NCBI GenBank assembly: GCA_963662285.2
Contig: CAXXMV010000001.1
Span: 800,001-864,000, forward strand
Direction of reading: 5' to 3'
Source of the DNA: a bacterium
GTDB lineage: Bacteria > Hinthialibacterota > Hinthialibacteria > Hinthialibacterales > Hinthialibacteraceae
Length of the DNA: 64,000 nucleotides
Shown here: positions 58,394-64,000 of the stretch, in pieces
Layout of the letters: each line of letters opens with the position of its first letter
How positions within the stretch are numbered: position 1 is the first letter of the stretch
Notes under the pieces: model-generated
The model's database searches: none
What the model saw: only the letters and a program-made list of their open reading frames with translations
Told to the model about the DNA's origin: nothing
Made by a program: the position numbers and the translations under genes

Positions 58394-60295
58394 TTACTGA
58401 GGCATCCGGTTTTTACATGATTCCAAAATACTGTCCAACATTTTACTGTATGACATGTCCTGTATTTTAGCCATTTTCGCTAAGTGTCCATCCCAGCACC
58501 AACCGGGGTTAGGATTGACTTCTAATAGTCGCGGCGTGTCATTGTTATCAAGTCGCCAGTCAAAACGCGCATAATCACGGCAATCCAGGCGCTCAAACAA
58601 CTTTAGACAACTTGCTTCTAAAAATCTCTCGGTATATTCCACTAAGTTGGCCGGGATGGATTTGATTTTCCAATAGGGTGAATTCGGATCCCATTTAGCT
58701 TCATATCCGCAAATTTTCGGTAAACCTTTAGGTAAAACCGAATAATCCTCTTCAATAATAGGTAGTATGGTATATGAATTGGGTGGATTTCCGATAATGC
58801 CAACGCTTATATCTTTTCCCGTTAAAAATTCTTCGACCAGAATTGGATTGTTGTAGCCAAATTTTTCTCTGATTACAATGATCGCGCTTTCCAATGAGTG
58901 TAGATCATAACAGACATTCTTTTGCGTAATGCCGAAACTCGAATCTCCGAAATTAGGTTTAACAATAACAGGAAAGGTAAGCGGAAACTCGACAAATTGA
59001 ATATCCTCTGGTTTTATCATAAAGGCTTTTGGAACAGGGATATCCATTTCTTTGGCTATACCGCGTATCAGTGATTTATCATAACAGTAAGAAAGACATT
59101 GGGGAGTGCCGCCTGAGTAATGAAATCCCAGCAATTCCAAAAGCGCGGTAATATGCAATTCCTTGGATGCTTCATTGTTAAAACCTTCATCACATAGATT
59201 AAGTACAAAACTACATTTTTCTTTTATCTTTTGCAGATCTTTGATCAAGTTGTCATGTTGGTTCAGGTAAATAAAATTATATTTTGACAAACCGGATAAA
59301 GCTCTTTTTAACTCGTTAATAGTATGATAATCATCCTCATCAAAGATTGATTCAGGCTTAATCACATCCGTTTTACTGGGATCACCCATCAAGACAATGA
59401 CTGATTCCTTCACTTTTGAGCGTTTTTTAACCGGCGACCATTCCTTTTTAGCAACAGCAATAACAACTATACGTTCCGCCATCATGCCTAAATCTTGATT
59501 CCGTTTTGATTCAGAGGATACTTTTGAGTAGTTTATGAAATTTACAAATCCCGCTTTTGTCAATATATCCTTAAGATCATCATTGGAATAAAGCCGTTCC
59601 GCATAGAATTGATCAGCGACAACGCCTTTGTGTACATGAGTGATAACTTCTCTGGATACTAACCGTTCCATACTTTCAGAGAGAGAACGTTCACGGCATA
59701 CAAAATAGTTCTTGTCAATCCACTCCCAACTACGCGGTTGAAAATTATCCCGCATATAGTTGCCATCTGTGATATCGATCAACAATTTTCCTTCCGGCTT
59801 TAATACGCGCATAACTTCATCCAGGATTTTCATATCATCCTGAGTGGATTCAAAATATCCGAAACTGTTTCCGGCAATTATTACGGCGTCAAAGTTATCA
59901 TTTGGGAAGGGTAATTTTCTGGCGTCACCTTCTTTGAAAATGACATTTAGACCTTTGGTTTTGTTGATTTTTCTCGCCCGATCTATCAGGTAATGCGAAC
60001 GATCAAAACCCACAACATTGGTATACTCTCTTTTCGCAATTTCCAAAGCATGGCGTCCTTGACCACAGCAGAGGTCCAAGATAGAACTGCTCTTTGAGGC
60101 TTCTATCGCAGCCAGGAAAATATCTACCTCTTTTTCGGTTATATCTTTATCTTCTACAACGTCTCCATCGGTTCGCAGATAATTTGCATTAAAAATATGA
60201 CGCCACCAATCGGCTTTTACATAACTTTCCAGATTGTCAACAGGACCTAATACATCGATTAATTTTTTATTGCTGTTTTGCGGATTCTTTGACAT
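58394..60295 (-). CDS. SAM methyltransferase fused to a D-Ala-D-Ala-ligase-like ATP-grasp domain
   Basis: LDLCCGQGRH, GDARKLPF and GNSFGYF; then YDKS, FPVIVKP..GDSSFGI, VEEFLTG, YARFDWR and EVNPNPG. Confidence 0.9.
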   Translation of the reverse strand: MSKNPQNSNKKLIDVLGPVDNLESYVKADWWRHIFNANYLRTDGDVVEDKDITEKEVDIFLAAIEASKSSSILDLCCGQGRHALEIAKREYTNVVGFDRSHYLIDRARKINKTKGLNVIFKEGDARKLPFPNDNFDAVIIAGNSFGYFESTQDDMKILDEVMRVLKPEGKLLIDITDGNYMRDNFQPRSWEWIDKNYFVCRERSLSESMERLVSREVITHVHKGVVADQFYAERLYSNDDLKDILTKAGFVNFINYSKVSSESKRNQDLGMMAERIVVIAVAKKEWSPVKKRSKVKESVIVLMGDPSKTDVIKPESIFDEDDYHTINELKRALSGLSKYNFIYLNQHDNLIKDLQKIKEKCSFVLNLCDEGFNNEASKELHITALLELLGFHYSGGTPQCLSYCYDKSLIRGIAKEMDIPVPKAFMIKPEDIQFVEFPLTFPVIVKPNFGDSSFGITQKNVCYDLHSLESAIIVIREKFGYNNPILVEEFLTGKDISVGIIGNPPNSYTILPIIEEDYSVLPKGLPKICGYEAKWDPNSPYWKIKSIPANLVEYTERFLEASCLKLFERLDCRDYARFDWRLDNNDTPRLLEVNPNPGWCWDGHLAKMAKIQDMSYSKMLDSILESCKNRMPQ

Positions 60296-60539
60296 TAGTT
60301 TTCCCTATATCTCAAAAGATATTTACTTAAGGCGATACATTGAATTGATAAATTTCGCTCTATTCAATTGCTGCATCCAATTTTCTTGAAAATATATTAT
60401 TTCTTTAGAGCGGCTCTCAAAATCATGTTCACTATACTCGCTTTTGATTGTAGAAAAAACCTATCTTATACAACTTTGCGATACCAAAATATATACATTA
60501 TTAATAAATTGCAACATACTGAAACAACAGCAGAATAAG

Positions 60540-61742
60540 TTATTTCTCCAAAGCCTGCTCCAGGTCAGATATTAAATCGTTGACGTCTTCGATCCCAACC
60601 GCAAGACGGAAAAGGGTATCACTGATGCCTATAGCGATACGTTCTTCCCGTGAATAGTTATAATAGCTAACCATAGCGGGATGAGTGATAAGAGTTTCAA
60701 CGCCGCCCAGACTAGGTCCGATATAACATAATTCAATAGCATCCATAAATCTTTTGGCGGTTGATAAATCACCGTCAATTTCAAAACTGACCACGCCCCC
60801 GCCTCCGCTCATCTGTTCTTTGGCGATGGAGTAATGAGGATGGCTTTTCAGGAATGGATAAAAGACTTTTGTGATTTTGGGATGATCTTCCAGGAACTGG
60901 GCAATTTGCAGAGTCGACTCATTTTGTCGGGCGACGCGCAATGGGAAGGTTTTTAAGCCGCGCAGCAGCAAGTAGCTGCAATGAGGATCCATGACTCCTC
61001 CCATGGTTTTATGTAAATCCCTGATCTGATCAATCAAATCTTTTCGTCCCAGAACCGCTCCAGCCAGGATATCATTATGCCCGGCCAGATACTTGGTTGC
61101 GCTTTGCAGAACCAGATCAATGCCGAATTCTATGGGTCTCTGATTAAATGGAGTGCTAAATGTACTATCGATCAAAGTAAGCACATTATTTCTATCAGCG
61201 ATTTCTTTGAGTTTGACCAGGTCAAAGATATTCAAATAGGGATTAGTAGGCGATTCAGAGAATATAAAACGGGTATTCTGGTTGATGGCGCCCTCTATGG
61301 CCTCGTAATCGCCAAAAGGAACAACCGTGCAATCAACATGGAAATTCTTCAAAAAGGTATTACAGAATTCCAAAGTTTTTTTATAACTATCATCAGTAAA
61401 AACAATATGATCGCCCGCCTTTACCAATGACAAAATCGTAGTGGTTATGGCGCTCATACCTGAAGAAAAGGCAATGCCGTCTTCCGCCCCTTCCAAATCA
61501 GCTAATCGTCTTTCAGCGATTTGAACGGTTGGATTTCCATACCGCCCATATTCATAATGTTCTTTCCCATGTTGGGTATAGTCTTCTATTCTCTGGGCGT
61601 TTTCAAAAACAAAAGTCGAAGACTGAATAATAGGCGTCGTTATGGAATCCGCATATTTCTTCTTTGATTCTGCCGCGTGTATTGCTCGCGTGAAAATTGA
61701 TTTGCCTTTGGTTGTTTTATCTTTTGATGAAGATTGACTCAT
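60540..61742 (-). CDS. Cystathionine gamma-synthase-family PLP enzyme (Cys/Met metabolism)
   Basis: YGRYGNPT; SSGMSA; ESPTNP; DSTF; SATKYLAGH (PLP Lys); SLGGVE. Confidence 0.93.
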   Translation of the reverse strand: MSQSSSKDKTTKGKSIFTRAIHAAESKKKYADSITTPIIQSSTFVFENAQRIEDYTQHGKEHYEYGRYGNPTVQIAERRLADLEGAEDGIAFSSGMSAITTTILSLVKAGDHIVFTDDSYKKTLEFCNTFLKNFHVDCTVVPFGDYEAIEGAINQNTRFIFSESPTNPYLNIFDLVKLKEIADRNNVLTLIDSTFSTPFNQRPIEFGIDLVLQSATKYLAGHNDILAGAVLGRKDLIDQIRDLHKTMGGVMDPHCSYLLLRGLKTFPLRVARQNESTLQIAQFLEDHPKITKVFYPFLKSHPHYSIAKEQMSGGGGVVSFEIDGDLSTAKRFMDAIELCYIGPSLGGVETLITHPAMVSYYNYSREERIAIGISDTLFRLAVGIEDVNDLISDLEQALEK

Positions 61743-62287
61743 TCTTTATCCCCTTCTTCGTTCTCATGAAAATGCATACTCCAATTTCGCCAATCGCGTA
61801 ATATATTATGCTTCAAGGCTTCATAAATGAACCTGAATAAGCATTTCAATCAGAATATTAATAGTTCCCGCTTTTCATTGAGAAGAACACAGCCGGTTTA
61901 ATTAACAATAATTCATCCATGTATCCCAATTTTCCCCAAAACCTAACCACATGGAATCTAACCATTAGAATATATGCAAGTAACAAATACTCAATCCATA
62001 TTAGTCCTTATGCTGAAATTGTTTAGATATTATTTTCATGACCAATATTAACAAAAAACTACGCTAACAAGATGATTTACTTATATTATTTTAAGAAAAT
62101 ATCGCTGAAATCAGCAGAATGTGTGACGATGGCTTTTTCTCAATCGTTTTCTCATTAGAATGGCAAAAGATTAAAAAAAGAGTTATGGTAGTCAAAAACC
62201 AATAAATTCCAATTTCTGAGTTAACGTTACAGCTATTGAAATAAAAAATAAATAAAATCGCCAGACCGCTTGCTAAGGAGCAGAAAC

Positions 62288-63880
62288 ATGGACGTAATTA
62301 TTTGTCCTCAGTGTAGACATGAAAATCCTCTTGAGGCTTTTGTTTGCGAACAATGCAACGCAAACCTCAAACCTGTTAAATCTATCATCGATACAGCCAA
62401 TTCCCACTACAACGAAGCATTATCACTTGCCCATGAAGGCAAATTGGATGAGGCAATCGGTCAATTGGATGCGGCGATTGCTCTTTCTTCTCAAAATGCG
62501 GTTTATTTCAACCTTCTGGGAACCATTCAGGCGCAAAAAGGTCTTTTTAGCGAAGCCATCCATGCGTGGGAACAATGCCTTAATCTTAATCCGGAAATGG
62601 AAACAGCGCATCAAAATATCGAAAAAGCCCGTCGAATGGAAGAAATTCGCGCTGAAGATTTCGAAGAACAACCACAAAAGGTCAATTCTTTATTGATTGC
62701 CGCCGCTGCATGCGTGTTTCTGCTCACCACAATATTCGGCGGAATCAGTTCCTATATGAAATCCAATCGCATCACAACCTTAACCAATGATTTGATGGCA
62801 ATTCAGAAAGAATCAAGTTCCTGGAAGTCACAATTTGAATCTTTAACCGCTCAGTTTCCTCAAGAGGGAATTAACGGCGTTTTGAAAAAACTGACCCAAA
62901 ATGAAACACTCATCGCCGACAGAGATAAACGAATTGAAGCGCTCGAACTCAAGATTGAGAGAGCCAGCAGTAATTACAAAGAGCGCATGGATGGCTTTCG
63001 CTTGAAACTTCAGGAAAGCCAACAAGAAAAGAACCAGATGGCGACCGAATTAAAGATGATCGATAGTTTGAAAGAAATAATCGTTAATAACGAAACCCAA
63101 ATCGATCTGCTGCAGGAAAATATTACTTCCTTAAAAGAACAACTGGATTTAGCAAACAAACGAATAGAAACACATCGAAAGAATTTATTATTAGCCCAAG
63201 ACAATTTACGAGACATAAAAGAAAACCGCGATAGGATTCTTGAATCAAGTCGGAAAATCAATGAAAAATCAATCCAGGAACTGCGTAGCCAAATTTTGGA
63301 ACAACGCGATGAAATCGCAATTTGGCAAAGAAAATCTACCGATCAACAATATGCCGACACCTTGGTCATAGAAGCGCTAGATCACCTTAACAACAATAAA
63401 TTCAACCTTGTACAGCAGAATATCGAAACCGCCCTGGAGCGCTCTCCGGGACACCTGGTAGCACTCTATCTGCAAGAATTAATTGCAAAAATCCTAGACG
63501 ATCCTCTTGAACAGGAGATTCGTCGCCTGGAAACAATTGAAAGAAACACTCGTAGAGAAGAAATAAAAACGAAATTAATCGCTTTTAATCTGGAAAAAAC
63601 CAGGAAGCACTATGATTCTGGTAATTTCAGCCAGTCTATCAACTTAGCCCAACGCACGCTGGACCTAGAACCCCAAAATGCCAAAGACATCCAAAAACTC
63701 CATTCATTAATTTCTCAATCAGAAGAGCGAAACAAAGAAATTGTTTTATCACTGATTAAAGTGCGTAAAGACATAAAGTTGAAGAAATATAAGGAAGCTA
63801 ATGCATTGCTTCAACAAGTGTTAAAATACGCTCCGTCCCATGATGAAGCCATAGAATTACTAAAGGAAATCCCCCGGTAA
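62288..63880 (+). CDS. Zinc-ribbon/TPR/TM/coiled-coil/TPR protein
   Basis: AAGGAG RBS; CPQC-x10-CEQC; TPR repeats; TM LLIAAAACVFLLTTIFGGI; long coiled coil; C-terminal TPRs. Confidence 0.85.
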   Translation: MDVIICPQCRHENPLEAFVCEQCNANLKPVKSIIDTANSHYNEALSLAHEGKLDEAIGQLDAAIALSSQNAVYFNLLGTIQAQKGLFSEAIHAWEQCLNLNPEMETAHQNIEKARRMEEIRAEDFEEQPQKVNSLLIAAAACVFLLTTIFGGISSYMKSNRITTLTNDLMAIQKESSSWKSQFESLTAQFPQEGINGVLKKLTQNETLIADRDKRIEALELKIERASSNYKERMDGFRLKLQESQQEKNQMATELKMIDSLKEIIVNNETQIDLLQENITSLKEQLDLANKRIETHRKNLLLAQDNLRDIKENRDRILESSRKINEKSIQELRSQILEQRDEIAIWQRKSTDQQYADTLVIEALDHLNNNKFNLVQQNIETALERSPGHLVALYLQELIAKILDDPLEQEIRRLETIERNTRREEIKTKLIAFNLEKTRKHYDSGNFSQSINLAQRTLDLEPQNAKDIQKLHSLISQSEERNKEIVLSLIKVRKDIKLKKYKEANALLQQVLKYAPSHDEAIELLKEIPR

Positions 63881-64000
63881 GACTAGCGGTTTGGATTCAG
63901 AATACATCATTTGCCTCGATGCTTGAGGAGATAGCCCATTTTTAAATGATATTGGTTAATCGGATTCACATAAAACGTTCTATAAGCGCCCACAAAGATT

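Noticed and set aside
62218-62232. TAACGTTA palindrome resembling a LacI-family operator (also TGTTAACA near 18428)
   Set aside because: Only 8 bp in AT-rich DNA, with no regulator nearby.
61743-62270. Possible SAM riboswitch or T-box upstream of the Cys/Met PLP enzyme
   Set aside because: No SAM-I core (TTATC...GCAACC...GATAA) or T-box motif was found on the minus strand.
392-63261. The many short antisense or nested ORFs in the six-frame track
   Set aside because: They are shadows of well-supported genes and show no family motifs or RBS.

Overview
This is a 64-kb bacterial chromosomal segment with about 50 genes, mostly housekeeping and accessory. I found no rRNA, tRNA, CRISPR array or intact transposase. 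The style of the prepilin (GFTLIELLIVVAIIGILAAIAVPNFMNAQIRAK) and of a large acidic secreted protein ending in ...VHDFMLY resembles Hinthialibacterota (OLB16) or Sumerlaeota genomes; this is an inference, not a result. Recognisable genes include sulfatase, sugar-processing, envelope-glycan, molybdate ABC, larC, bshB1, rubrerythrin, di-hemerythrin, lytic transglycosylase and two large sensor kinases. The most interesting observations are: (1) an exported operon at 40.7-46.3 kb in which an HtrA/PDZ protein lacking its whole catalytic triad is translationally coupled (TAATT, ATT start) to a DUF2961/GH172-like protein lacking its catalytic acids, followed by a secreted ADP-ribosylglycohydrolase-like protein; (2) a PTS-EIIA + PII-like + two cation/proton antiporter module; (3) a methyltransferase/Ddl-like ATP-grasp fusion next to a PLP C-S enzyme; (4) a hybrid kinase split at an in-phase A_AAA_AAA -1 slippery site; (5) two non-autonomous repeat families, a 155-bp REPIN-like element and ~113-bp MITEs; (6) relics below the ORF track cut-off, namely a hicA toxin tail and a tyrosine-integrase C-terminus; and (7) a sigma-54 promoter. 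All family assignments come from motif recognition by eye; no searches were run.
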